Shown here: in pieces, positions 1 through 9,500 of the stretch
Position numbering within the stretch: the first letter of the stretch is position 1
Layout: each line of letters starts with the position of its first letter
From: Octopus sinensis
Taxonomy: Eukaryota
Assembly: GCF_006345805.1 (NCBI RefSeq)
Contig: NC_042997.1
Coordinates: forward strand, 202,027,001-202,060,000
Length of the DNA stretch: 33,000 nucleotides
Direction: 5' to 3'
Made by a program: the position numbers and the translations under genes
Notes under the pieces: model-generated
The model's input: only the letters and a program-made list of their open reading frames with translations
Told to the model about the DNA's origin: nothing
Database searches by the model: none

Positions 1-128
1 CTTCTAAGTCTAAGGCAGTGATAGAAAATAAGTGTTTCCCTCAGATGAGAGACCTCATCGGAATGCTTGTAACCCTTCGGTACATTTAGTGAACTCCTCT
101 GAAAGTATACAAGAGCCAGGTGGTGGCA

Positions 129-336
129 TTAACTCTTTAGCTTTTAAATCAGACATATGAAGCCTAAATATTTTATTTTCATGTTCAAACCAGACAGATA
201 TGGCCCCTCACACCTGTCCTACAATGTCATTCTAAAACAATCACATCATATAAATCTCAAAGCTATGAGAGACAATGCATAATTAATTAAAAACAGTGTA
301 ATAGGGATTAAATTTAACAGAATGCTAAGGGGTTAA
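129..336 (-). mobile_element. piggyBac-type TTAA MITE (~205 bp), copy 1
   Basis: Starts TTAA-CTCTTTAGC and ends GCTAAGGGG-TTAA (inverted termini with TTAA on both sides). Interior is the reverse complement of the copies at ~7.0-7.4 kb and ~24.7-24.9 kb. Confidence 0.8.
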
Positions 337-447
337 GCCTGATTACAGATTAGGCCTACTTAATCCATATCCATATTCCAGTAATATTATGTCAATTAGT
401 CTTTTTTTTTGTATTTTTGTTTTTTGTAAATTCATATTTCTACACAG

Positions 448-467
448 GATACAATAGTTTTGTTGAA
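448..467 (+). CDS. candidate internal micro-exon (G)YNSFVE of an unidentified + strand gene
   Basis: Long T-rich tract ending tttctacacag|G; GAA|gtaatt donor; phase 1->0, compatible with the 1861 exon. The frame stays open beyond this donor, so the 3' boundary is uncertain. Confidence 0.25.
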
Positions 468-556
468 GTAATTCATCTTACGATTGTTACCTGTTGTCAG
501 TCTTCCAACATGGAGCAAATAGCTATGCTTCATATTCGCGGAAAGAGTTTTGAACT

Positions 557-810
557 CCATCCAGTCCACACTGTAAAGTGGTTGGCATTTGGAAGGGCAT
601 CCAACTGTAAAAACCATGCCAAAACCAACCTCACCTGTGCTGGTGCCACATACAATGCACTCAATCAACTCTGTGGGGTGGTTGGTTTTAGGAAGGGCAT
701 CCAACCATAAAACCCATGCCTGTCTTCTGCCTGGCCCGCTCCTGTGAAACCATGCAACCCATGCCCGCATGGAAGGTGGATATTAAAGGATGACAATGGT
801 GATGATGATG
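557..810 (+). mobile_element. family C variant (RTE-tail non-autonomous retroelement), 5'-truncated, with a duplicated module
   Basis: GTGGTTGG..GGAAGGGCATCCAAC..TAAAAACCCATGCC occurs twice; ends AACCCATGC...GCATGGAAG...GATGATGATG. Confidence 0.8.
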
Positions 811-927
811 AACGATGCAGTATATAATTTCTCACCTCAGCATCACAACATTGTGTCTCATTGATTAGAATAAAATCTCAAGAAGCATATTGTCAATAGA
901 CTAGATCTATATCCAGTCTGACAATAG

Positions 928-929
<2 letters not shown>

Positions 930-963
<34 letters not shown>

Positions 964-1081
964 GTGTGTGTGTGCATGTATGTGTGTGTACATGAGTGCA
1001 CATGTGTGTGCATGCGTATGTGTCTGTGTGTGTGTGTACACGTGCACGTGTGTGCATGCATGTGTATGTGTGTGTGTGTGC
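930..1081. repeat. compound (TG)n/(TGCA) microsatellite
   Basis: Direct reading; it generates the three HT/VC-rich ORFs in the track. Confidence 0.95.
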
Positions 1082-1730
1082 GATGACTGTCACTCTCTTT
1101 TAAGCAAAGTCATTACTCTTAGACATGAGTAAGACAGACGTGGCCTTTCAGTCCTTCTAGGGACCAGCACAGTTTTGCACAGATGTGGCAATACTGGGCA
1201 CCTTTTGCAGGAGGTGCTCAAAGAGCTGACCACTCATGCTGATATATGCTTTCATCTGTCATGGAATCTTTCTTTGATTGTTTTGCCTCTTTCAGCTCCA
1301 GCCAGCCATAGCATGCAACATGCAATAAAAATACTAACCATCAGACAATGTCTGTGTCCAAAAGTTTTTAAACTAAGTTGCACAGAGCCAGTCCCACTCT
1401 TTAAACACATGTAAGCATTTGCCCAAAAAGAAAAACTAGTCTACATCATTGGATGCAAATAAATTCAAGAGTTATATCAGATTTTTCCTTCTAGAGAAAT
1501 GACTAAGCAAAGGCCAAGGGTGTCTCACTCCCAGCTGTTGGATGGTCATTAATTCAACTGAGTTCATTTCACAGGTTTTTGCTTTTCACTCTGCTGGGTG
1601 TCCAATGAAAACCACCCTCCTCATGAAGCAGTTTTAGTAAGGCTACTGGTTTCATAACTGATGGTCTGACTATGGAACAGATATGTACTGGGTTACATGC
1701 TACTACTAATACTAAAAATGACCTGACATT

Positions 1731-1810
1731 ACACACACACACACACACTTCTCTCTCTCCTTCTCTCCTTCCCCCTCTCTCTCTCACCTTCTTTCCTCCT
1801 CCCTCTCTCT
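1731..1810. repeat. (AC)n followed by degenerate (CT)n microsatellite
   Basis: Direct reading. Confidence 0.9.
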
Positions 1811-1860
1811 AAAATAATGCTGCAGTAATTATCATACGAGTTAATTATCAATTTTTGCAG

Positions 1861-1949
1861 ATGGGAAAAATGGTACCAACTAAAATAATCCTGGAGAATC
1901 CATATTTCATGCATCTTCATAAACTTTCAATTTATTCCAAGTTTTTAAG
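1861..1949 (+). CDS. candidate exon MGKMVPTKIILENPYFMHLHKLSIYSKFL(R)
   Basis: Acceptor ttatcaatttttgcag|A; only frame 0 is open across 89 nt; donor AAG|gtcatt (weak). Phase 0->2, which joins in frame to the 8352 exon. An alternative reading is a terminal (R)WEKWYQLK*. Confidence 0.35.
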
Positions 1950-2082
1950 GTCATTGAATTTAATATGTTCTGTTATTAAGGTCAGTGACCTTAATAACAT
2001 ATTTTCCATTTGGATAAAATTAATTAATTATGGAATGTGGATACAAAAAGTGAGCAAAAATGAAATCTTGAATTCTTCTATC

Positions 2083-2728
2083 CTTTTACTTGTTTTGGTG
2101 ATTGGACTGCGACCATGCTGGGGCACTGCCATGAACTGTTCAGTCAGTCAAATTGAACCCAATACTTAATTTTTTTTTTAAAGTCTGATATTTATTCTGT
2201 CTCTTTTGCTATGCCATTAAGTTACAGGGATATAAACAAACCAACACCAGTTTTTAACCAGTGGGAAGGAACAGGGGCAATCACAAACACATGTACATGC
2301 CTACATATACATTGAAGGCAGCGAGCTGGCAGAATCGTTAGCACGCCGGGCAAAATGCGTAGCCGTAGTTCGTCTGTCATTACGTTTCGAGTTCAAATTC
2401 CGCCGAGGTCGACTTTGCCTTTCATCCTTTCTGGGTCAATAAATTAAGTACCATTTACGCACTGGGTTCGATGTAATCGACTTAATCCCATTGTCTGTCC
2501 TTGTTTGTCCCCTCTGTATTTAGCCCCTTGTGGGTAATAAAGAAATATATATATTCGTGCATGTGGCAGGCTTCCACACAGTTTCTGTCTACCAAATTCA
2601 TGTCATAAAGCATTAGTTGGCCCAGAGCTTTTGTAGATGTTTGCTCAAAGCATTTCACAGTGGGACTGAACCCTAATCCATATGGTTGCAAAGTCACCTT
2701 CTTAACTAAACAATCATACCTGCACCTC
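2083..2728 (-). mobile_element. family B (tRNA head + CORE-like domain) SINE, old copy, split by a family A1 SINE
   Basis: 3' tail CTTTTACTTG...CATGCTGGGGCAC at 2.08-2.3 kb; head (GTGGGACTGAACCC, GTTTCTGTCTACCAAAT) at 2.55-2.73 kb. Confidence 0.75.
2317..2546 (+). mobile_element. family A1 tRNA-derived SINE, full length
   Basis: A-box-like TGGCAGAATCGTT, B-box GAGTTCAAATTCC, central GCCTTTCATCCTTT..GGGTC.ATAAA..AAGTACC domain, tail AGCCCCTTGTGGGTAATAAAGAAAT. Near-identical to copies at 6282 and 18693. Confidence 0.9.
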
Positions 2729-3049
2729 TAAATGCTAACCTTCAGCACCAGTTTACTGTAAATATCCTGCTGTTTCCCTTTCACTTATAAATTTCTAGAA
2801 TAGGCATATATCACATTTTGCGGAGCAAGAACAGTCGATTAAAATGACTCCCTGTGACTAGTATAAGCTTATTCTATCATATGCTCAACCTCAGCAGCTT
2901 CAGTTACTATTTCACCTGTTTCCTTTGCCACAATATGGTTATTTCTCGAACGACAGAAGAGTTTTGTACCTATGACCCTGTTCCATAATGTGTCTGTGAA
3001 GCTCCTCTCAATCTGAACTCTTGCACAATCTGTTTTTGTATCTCTAGAC

Positions 3050-3248
3050 CAGTGCTTTTCAACCTTTTTGCTGGAGCGGAACCCCAAGGAACCATTCTAC
3101 TGGCTCGAGGAACCCCTGTGCAATAATTTAAGTCTTATGAACACATATCTGCACAGGAGAATTAAAAATTACTTTCGATTTTAGTAGTTTTGTAACTTCT
3201 TGCAGAACCCCTGGACTGTACTAGCGGAACCCTGGTTGAAAACTACTG
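3050..3248. mobile_element. hAT (Charlie-like) MITE 1
   Basis: TIRs CAGTGCTTTTCAACC / GGTTGAAAACTACTG; 8-bp TSD ctctagac (3042-3049) / ctctagag (3249-3256). NTCTAGAN is the known Charlie-group target. Confidence 0.85.
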
Positions 3249-3256
3249 CTCTAGAG

Positions 3257-3439
3257 CAACGTTTCTGAACCTTTTTAATATCTGAACCAGATCCAAAATC
3301 TGGGGATTTTTAGAGGGCTGCACAAAAAGAAAAAAAAACAAAAAACAAGACAATTAAAGAAAAATTTATTATATTTATAGAAGGAAGATTATCAAGGGCT
3401 GCTGGAATGATACTTGAAGGCCACATTTGAGAACTAATG
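3257..3439. mobile_element. hAT (Charlie-like) MITE 2, older
   Basis: Degenerate TIRs CAACGTTTCTGAACC / TTTGAGAACTAATG; flanked by ctctagag (3249-3256) and ctctagag (3440-3447). Confidence 0.65.
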
Positions 3440-4040
3440 CTCTAGAGATTTTCTAGACCTACTTTCATCATTACTGTAACAGCTGTTCAGAAAAACTGTG
3501 TGGAGAAACAACCTTCTTTTGTTTAGTAATTATTAATAAATAGAAACTTTACTTCTTAGTTTCAGTTGTTTCTGAAATACCCGATCAATAAACTTCCAAC
3601 TATCGCAGATGAAAGAAAAAAAAAGAATTAACTTTCATATTAAAAAACAAAACAATATACATTTACTTTTCTTTCGGCTGATGTCTCAGGTTAAATTCTT
3701 TGTGGATTCCTATTTGACAGTTGTTTTACAAATTTTATATTTACATTAAATTTAATAAGTTATATAACTTTATTTTGTTGTGATTTTGTGGTATTCTAAT
3801 TGTCATATCATTTTGGTTTGATTTTACCAATTTAGTTTTACATTTCATTTTAGTTACTTTAATATATTCATCTACTTTTTAGTGTATCAATGTGAATACA
3901 CCATTGGTTTGTCTCATGTCTTAGAATCTTCAAAATAGTGGTTGTGATATGAAATGTGAACTAACTGCATTCATAAAATTTCAATTTCCGTTTATTTTTT
4001 ATAATCTGCAACAAAGTATTGGCAAATGAAGTTTATAAAT

Positions 4041-4272
4041 GGTGATATTACACTTAGATTTCACTGTTCTGCTATTAAAAAAGGTGATAATACACTTAGA
4101 TTCCACTGTTCTACTATTAAAAATACATAATCACACTTAGATTTCACTGTTCTACTATTAAAAAAGGTGATATCACACATTTTACAGTTTCACTATCATA
4201 AAGGTGATATCACATTGAAATTTTACTGTTCAACTATCAAAATGATGATATCACTCATAGATTTTGCTGTTG
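4041..4272. repeat. ~42-bp minisatellite, about 6 progressively diverged units
   Basis: Unit GGTGATA(T/A)(T/C)ACACTTAGATTTCACTGTTCTACTATTAAAAAA at 4041 and 4083, with further degenerate units to about 4272. Confidence 0.9.
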
Positions 4273-4366
4273 ATTGGCATATATTAGTGTTTCAATTTAT
4301 GGTGCATTATTGCCTTATTTGATTAATTTACATGGTATTGTATCTGTTATTAGTGGCCACTGTTAA

Positions 4367-4586
4367 GGTAGCAAGCTGGCAGAATCGTTAGCACTTCGGG
4401 TAAACTGTTTAGTAGCATTTCATCTGTCATTACCTTCTGATTTCAAATTCTGCTGAGGTTGCCTTTGCCTTTCATCCTTTCAGGGTCAATAGACTAAGTT
4501 CCAGTTGAGTATTGGGGGTCAATATTATCGATTTACGCCCTCCCCCGACATTGCTCACCTTGTGCCATAATTTAAAACCATTATTA
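4367..4586 (+). mobile_element. family A2 tRNA-derived SINE (A head and core, different tail)
   Basis: Head AGCTGGCAGAATCGTTAGCAC, core GCCTTTCATCCTTTCAGGGTC, tail CCTTGTGCCATAATTTAAAACCATTATT. Confidence 0.8.
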
Positions 4587-4788
4587 GCAACTTTTGTTTA
4601 TTATTAAGGCGCAGGAGTGGTTGTGTGGTAAGTAGCTTGCTTCCCAACCACATGGTTCTGGATTCAGTCCCACTGCATGGCACCTTAAGCGAGATTCTTC
4701 TACTATATCCCTATAGCCTCAGGCCAACCAAAGACTTGTGAGTGGATTTGGTAGACAGAAACTGAAAGAAGCTTGTATATATATATAT

Positions 4789-5175
4789 ACTAGCAGTATC
4801 GCCCGGCGTTGCTCAGGTTTGTAAGGGAAATAACTATAAAGCATTTTTAGAGAGTTATAGCCAAAAAATAGCAAAAAAATGGAAAAAAATGATGGTAAAT
4901 TTTTTTTTGAGATTTAAAAAAGGTAGAGTTGCGTCCCCTAGACAGTTTGTGGTTCGTATTCCTGATTCTCGACCCCATGTCGAATTTATCGATTTTTTTC
5001 AGAACTGGGGGAACTTTTCAAAATTTTCGCTGCGTTAGTTTTGAATTATGACATTGGGCTATGTGTGTGTCAAGTTTCATCAGAATCGGTTGAAAGCTGT
5101 GGTCAGGGTGAGGGTACAAGCAAACAGACACACAGAAACACGCACAGACAAACTGCCGTTTATATAGAGAGAGAT
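4789..5175 (+). mobile_element. non-autonomous Helitron/Helentron-like element (DINE-1/Lep1-like architecture)
   Basis: Starts (T)ACTAGCAGTATCGCCCGGCGTTGCTC inside a (TA)n run; has AAGTTTCATCAGAATCGG and a subterminal ACAGACAC microsatellite; ends TTTATATAGAGAGAGAT; no TSD; CpG-rich (young). Confidence 0.65.
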
Positions 5176-5386
5176 ATTACGGGCATTACTACACGTAAAT
5201 GCCTCACTCTATGAGGGACTCTTAAAGTCAAAACTATCTTGATAAATATACAGCGAGGGATTGTAACCTGGAAGTCGTCTCTTAAAAACAGATTCAGCCA
5301 CAAATCATATGATTTCATAGTTAGTGTACATAATTCTCTTTCTAATCATCAGACACACAAACATATACAAACATAATATATATATA

Positions 5387-5565
5387 GGGAAAGTTTACAA
5401 AAAAAAAAAAACGAAGACAAGTGGTGTACAAAACAAACAGATGTATTAGTATAGCGCTCAGGAATAGAAAAAGTCTTTTACGTTTCGAGCCTACGCTCTT
5501 CTACAGAAAGGGACACAGAAAAAACAAGGAGAGAAAAAAAATGTGTGTAGTGGCTAACGATTTAC
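5387..5565 (-). mobile_element. probable Penelope-like element terminal fragment
   Basis: On the - strand it reads GAAGAGCGTAGGCTCGAAACGTAAAAG, resembling the GAAGA..CGAAAC motif typical of Penelope terminal repeats; it sits in a (TA)n run. Confidence 0.5.
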
Positions 5566-6196
5566 GTATATGTGTGTGTGTGTGTGTGTGTATATGTTTG
5601 TGTGTCTGTGTTTGTCCCCACCACCATTGCTTGACAACCAATGTTGGGGTGTTTACTTCCCCATAACTTAGTGGTTCGGCAAAAGAGACCAATAGAATAA
5701 GTACTAGGCTTACAAGGAATAAGTCTTGCGGTCGATTTGTTTGACTAAAGGGCGGTGCTCCAGCATGGCCGCAGTCAAATGACTGAAACCAATAAAAGAA
5801 TAAAGAAAAGAAAGACTGTTACTTTTTAGTTTGCCCCTTCCAAACCTATATCAATATATCCTTAACCTAACTTTAGGGAATGACAGTTGAATGTGAAACT
5901 AATCATATTACAGCCACTGGCTGATAGCCATTGATGCAGACATAGCATTGTTGTTGCTAAGAAGAGTTTCTGTTCAGTGAAATATGACTTAAGATTATAA
6001 TCACACGTTATGACAATAACCGACAAATCATATTGTTTGGGCTCTATGATCCACTGTGCCATTGAACTTCTTTTATTGCTGTGTTTTAAAAAATGCCTTG
6101 TCAAAAAACTGTTATTTATTTTCTTGATCTAAATTCCCATAAAATATGATGTCAGATAATGTGTCTATTTGTTCTTAATGTATCTGTTCATTCTGG

Positions 6197-6680
6197 CAAA
6201 GGTGGCACACTGGCAGGATTGTTGGCATACTGGGAAAAATGCTTAGCGGATTTTTGTCTGTCTTTATGTCCTGAGTTCAAACAAGACGGCGAGCTGGCAG
6301 AAACATTAGCACGCCAGGCGAAATGCGTAGCCGTATTTCATCTGCCATTACGTTCTGAGTTCAAATTCTGCCGAGGTCGACTTTGCCTTTTATCCTTTCG
6401 GGATTGATAAATTAAGTACTAGTTATGCTCTTGGGTCGATGGAATCGACTTAATCCATTTGTCTTTCCTTGTTTGTCCCCTCTGTGTTTAGCCCCTTGTG
6501 GGTAGTAAAGAAATATATATCCTGAGTTCAAATTCTGCCGAGGTCATCTTCACCTTTTGTCATTTCATAGGCAATGAAATAAGTACCAGTTGAGGACTAA
6601 GGTTGCTGCTTTAATCAACTTACTCCCCACAACCAAAAAAATGATTACTGGCCTTGTGCCAAAACCTGAAACCAGTATTC
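6197..6680 (+). mobile_element. old family A2 SINE interrupted at its B box by a younger A1 copy
   Basis: Head at about 6197-6281; remainder resumes at 6520 (CCTGAGTTCAAATTCTGCCGAGG) and runs to the tail GGCCTTGTGCCAAAACCTGAAACC. Confidence 0.75.
6282..6519 (+). mobile_element. family A1 SINE, full length, 13-bp TSD
   Basis: Exact TSD TCCTGAGTTCAAA at 6269-6281 and 6520-6532. Confidence 0.9.
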
Positions 6681-6998
6681 ATTCTGGCAGCATCAAATGT
6701 GAATAGATGATCGCTTTTGCTTTCAGGAGCTGGAGAATGACTCTTCCCATCAGACAACATGTTTGTAACACATGGGATTTACCCCTTCACTGATGTAAGG
6801 GGTCTTTGAGATACCAGTCTTCTTCTTGTGAGATTCAACAGTCCAGCCATGGGGTCGCTTTGACTGAGGAGACATACAACAAGGTTGAAACACCACAATC
6901 TCTCAATATCTTCTCATACTGGTGAACCATGTGTTATGAACACATTACCTGAAGGGAAGGGGCATTCCCTGGTGATGAAAAACATTATCAACCAGATA

Positions 6999-7411
6999 TT
7001 GACTCTTTAGCATTACTCTGTCAAATGTAATGCGTACTGCCTGGCTGGCCCTTGTGCTGGTGGCATGTAAAAGCACCCACTACACTCTCGGAGTGGTTGA
7101 CGTTAGGAAGGGCATCCAGCTGTAGAAACTCTGCCAGATCAGATTGGAGCCTGGTGCAGCGATCTGGTTCTCTAGACCTGTCAAATCATCCAACCCATGC
7201 TAGCATGGAAAGCAGATGTTAATGATGATGATGATGATGATGATGTCTTGAATTAATCGTGCATTATTTGATAGCTTCAAAATTTCGATAGTGTGGTTGT
7301 TTATTTTTAGAATGACATTATAGGTTAAGTGCAAGAAGCTGGATCTGACCAGACTGAACATAAAGCAGGCAGAATATTTGGATGTGGCTGGTTTAAATGC
7401 CGAAGGGAATA
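6999..7411 (+). mobile_element. piggyBac-type TTAA MITE, copy 2, split by a family C insert
   Basis: Left end TTGA-CTCTTTAGCATT; the MITE interior resumes at about 7246 (TTGAATTAATC...); right end GCCGAAGGGAAT. Confidence 0.75.
7039..7245 (+). mobile_element. family C element, 3' fragment with (GAT)n tail
   Basis: AAAAGCACCCACTACACTCTCGGAGTGGTTG..AGGAAGGGCATCCAGCTGTAGAAAC..AACCCATGCTAGCATGGAAAGC..(GAT)8. Confidence 0.9.
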
Positions 7412-7554
7412 TATTCATATATGCCAGAATGTATTAAAAATGAATAGAATCATTATTGATTGGATTCCTCCCATTCTCCATTTATCCTATAAATTTTTAT
7501 GATTCCTACAGTATACTTCACAGCATTTGTGTGGTATATTAAGACATATTCTGG

Positions 7555-7959
7555 CTCTTTTACTCTTTTACTTGTTTCAGTCATTTAACTGCGGCCATGC
7601 TGGAGCATCGCCTTTAGTCGAGCAAATCGACCCCCAGGACTTATTCTTTGTAAGCCTAGTACTTATTCTATCGGTCTCTTTTGCCGAATCGTTAAGTTAC
7701 GGGGACCTAAACACACCAGCATCGGTTGTCAAGCAATGTTGGGGGGACAAACACAAACATACACACGCACACACACATATATATATAGATATATACGACG
7801 GGCTTCTTTCAGTTTCCGTCTACCAAATCCACTCACAAGGCTTTGATCAACCCGAGGCTATAGTAGAAGACACTTGCCCAAGGTGCCACGCAGTGGGACT
7901 GAACCCAGAACCATGTGGTTGATAAGCAAGCTACTTACCATACAGCCACTCCTACGCCT
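7555..7959 (-). mobile_element. family B SINE, full length, young
   Basis: On the - strand: tRNA-like head with B box GGGTTCAGTCCC, CORE-like CACCTTGGGCAAGTGTCTT, internal (TA/TG)n, tail ...GACTGAAACAAGTAAAAGAG; CpGs retained. Confidence 0.9.
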
Positions 7960-8083
7960 GGCTGTTTACTTTCTGATTACATATCTTGCTGAAACCAACT
8001 TCAGAGTTAGTAAAGTACCAATCAAATACTGGCATTCATTTAACTAGAAAGCCCCACTCTCATAAAGTTTTAGGTGTTGTGCC

Positions 8084-8270
8084 CATCATCATCATTATCA
8101 GGAGTTGACAGGAGTTGGCTAGCTGGAGAGCTGCACCAGATTCCAACTGTCTGCTTTGGTATGGTTTCTGCGGCTGGATGCCCTTCCTAATATCAACCAC
8201 TTTACAAAGTGTACTGGGTGCTTTATACATGTCTGCAGCACCCATTGTGTTGCCAAGTAGCTTACAAGAC
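8084..8270 (-). mobile_element. family C variant, 3' fragment
   Basis: (CAT)n tail at 8084; GGATGCCCTTCCTAA..AACCACT motif. Confidence 0.8.
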
Positions 8271-8351
8271 AAGGACTTGTGTTAGAAATAATTTTAATAC
8301 ACAAATGTTTTTTAAAAATTGACAATATATTTTTTTCTTTATATATTACAG

Positions 8352-8401
8352 GAAATTTGATTCTGCAAATAAAACCACTTTCCATATAAAAGTAAAAGCT
8401 G
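8352..8401 (+). CDS. candidate exon (R)KFDSANKTTFHIKVKA
   Basis: Acceptor ttttctttatatattacag|G; consensus donor CTG|gtaagt; only one frame is open; phase 2->1. Confidence 0.5.
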
Positions 8402-8494
8402 GTAAGTAATTAATATTTTTATATTTATATTTTGATGGAGTTTTTTTGTTTTGTTTTGTGGGTTGGTTTTTCTTTTTTTTTCTTTTTTTTTCAG

Positions 8495-8514
8495 CATATA
8501 ACTTCATGCTGTAA
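8495..8514 (+). CDS. candidate terminal coding exon (A)YNFML*
   Basis: Very strong acceptor tttttctttttttttctttttttttcag after a 93-nt intron; phase 1 matches the previous exon; TAA at 8512-8514; AATAAA downstream. Confidence 0.4.
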
Positions 8515-8617
8515 TACCATTCTTTTAATATTTTCTTTAATTAAAAACTTTAAATGTCAAAATAGAAAAAAAGTTTCAAGAGTAAACACATTCTAATTGA
8601 GTTTCGCATTGTAGTCG

Positions 8618-8660
8618 AATAAACAGTGAGGACCGTAGCCTATCAAGTAATGAGAATAAA
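8618..8660 (+). terminator. candidate polyadenylation signals (AATAAA at 8618-8623 and 8655-8660)
   Basis: About 100-150 nt after the candidate stop codon; AATAAA is common by chance in AT-rich DNA. Confidence 0.3.
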
Positions 8661-8688
8661 TAGAAAGGATATGAAAATGATTAATTCT

Positions 8689-8689
<1 letters not shown>

Positions 8690-8735
<46 letters not shown>

Positions 8736-8753
8736 GCTGCAGCTACTACTGCT
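8690..8753. repeat. (ACT)n microsatellite
   Basis: Direct reading. Confidence 0.95.
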
Positions 8754-9339
8754 ACAGGTCATAACATTGATATAGGCCATAGGTGAGAATAACATATGTA
8801 CTATTGAATAGGGGAGCAATAAAAGGTGGGGGTGGGAGTATTAATGAAGATTTAATGGATAGTTATTTTAAAGCAGTAATTATGGTGAGATAATGTATTA
8901 ATAAATATCTCAGATATTTGTTGTAGAAAGCTGTTAAGGAAGACATCATCTATTTAATAACCAAAACTAGGATGTACTTTATTATTACTATTTATTTTTT
9001 TTACCTCAGTTAGTAATTGATTGAAAGGTTACAAGTGAGTCTACATCACTTCATTAAATGCCATCTGTGAGGTTACTCAACCATGTAATATGATGTCTAC
9101 TAAATTACATATCTGCTCTCATAATCACATGGTTTGTTGCTCTTGGATTTCTTCATTTTTATTGGCTAATTCAGAGGAAGAGGAACAGTACCCATGATTC
9201 TTTGCAAAGGTTCTGAGGCTGGTGGTATCATGTTATCCCCAGACTAGAGACCTCACATGAATGCTTGAAAGAGAGTAAAGTACCTAAAGGACCAGGTGTT
9301 GGTGGCAGTGTTAATCCAGGTAACAGATTAATTCAATAC

Positions 9340-9500
9340 CCAAGAACACAGGCAGTTTCCCCTGATGGTCTTCCATACATTTGCTGCTTACCAAATTTCA
9401 CTCACAAGGCTATGGTAAAAGACACTGGTTCTGAGAGTTGCATAGTAATATTGAACCCAAGCTAATGGAATTGTTAAGTAAACTTCTTAAACACACGTGA
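9340..9500 (-). mobile_element. old family B-like SINE head fragment
   Basis: ACCAAATTTCACTCACAAGGC..GTAAAAGACAC..TGAACCC matches the family B head. Confidence 0.55.

Larger units (their letters stand above)
4608..5814 (+). mobile_element. family B SINE split into head (4608-~4788) and tail (~5566-5814) by nested inserts
   Basis: Head GGCGCAGGAGTGG.TGTGTGGTAAG..., CORE-like CACCTT...; tail GGTGCTCCAGCATGGCCGCAGTCAAATGACTGAAAC...AAAAGAATAAAG. Both halves match the intact - strand copy at 7555-7959. CORE-type SINEs such as OR2 are known in octopus; matching this family to OR2 is my inference. Confidence 0.85.

Noticed and set aside
858-1132. His/Thr- and Val/Cys-rich ORFs (also 5421-5692, 28104-28415 in part, 29532-30094, 30461-30697, 26726-27038)
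   Set aside because: They are translations of (TG)n, (CT)n and (TAG)n microsatellites.
2317-2400. tRNA-like heads with A and B boxes
   Set aside because: No complete cloverleaf; they continue into SINE core and tail, so they are not tRNA genes.
3548-3630. Splice-like frames on both strands (LFLKYPINKLPTIADE.. / WKFIDRVFQKQLKLR)
   Set aside because: Weak donors or phases that do not fit the neighbouring candidates.
4041-4272. Regular repeats superficially like a CRISPR array
   Set aside because: Units are contiguous with no unique spacers; the context is eukaryotic and no cas genes are present.
7222-7245. ATGATGA motifs resembling snoRNA box C
   Set aside because: They are (GAT)n retroelement tails with no matching D box or terminal stem.
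7527-7922. 131-aa ORF and similar ORFs at 417, 432, 6159, 10669, 11782, 14809-15178, 19746-19998, 21150, 31068, 31765
   Set aside because: They lie mostly or wholly within SINE or family C copies; the same pseudo-peptides (LDALPNANH, RKGIQP) recur at each copy.
9175-9197. Alternative + strand terminal exon EEEEQYP*
   Set aside because: The phase fits, but the acceptor at 8494 is nearer and much stronger; kept only as a possible alternative.
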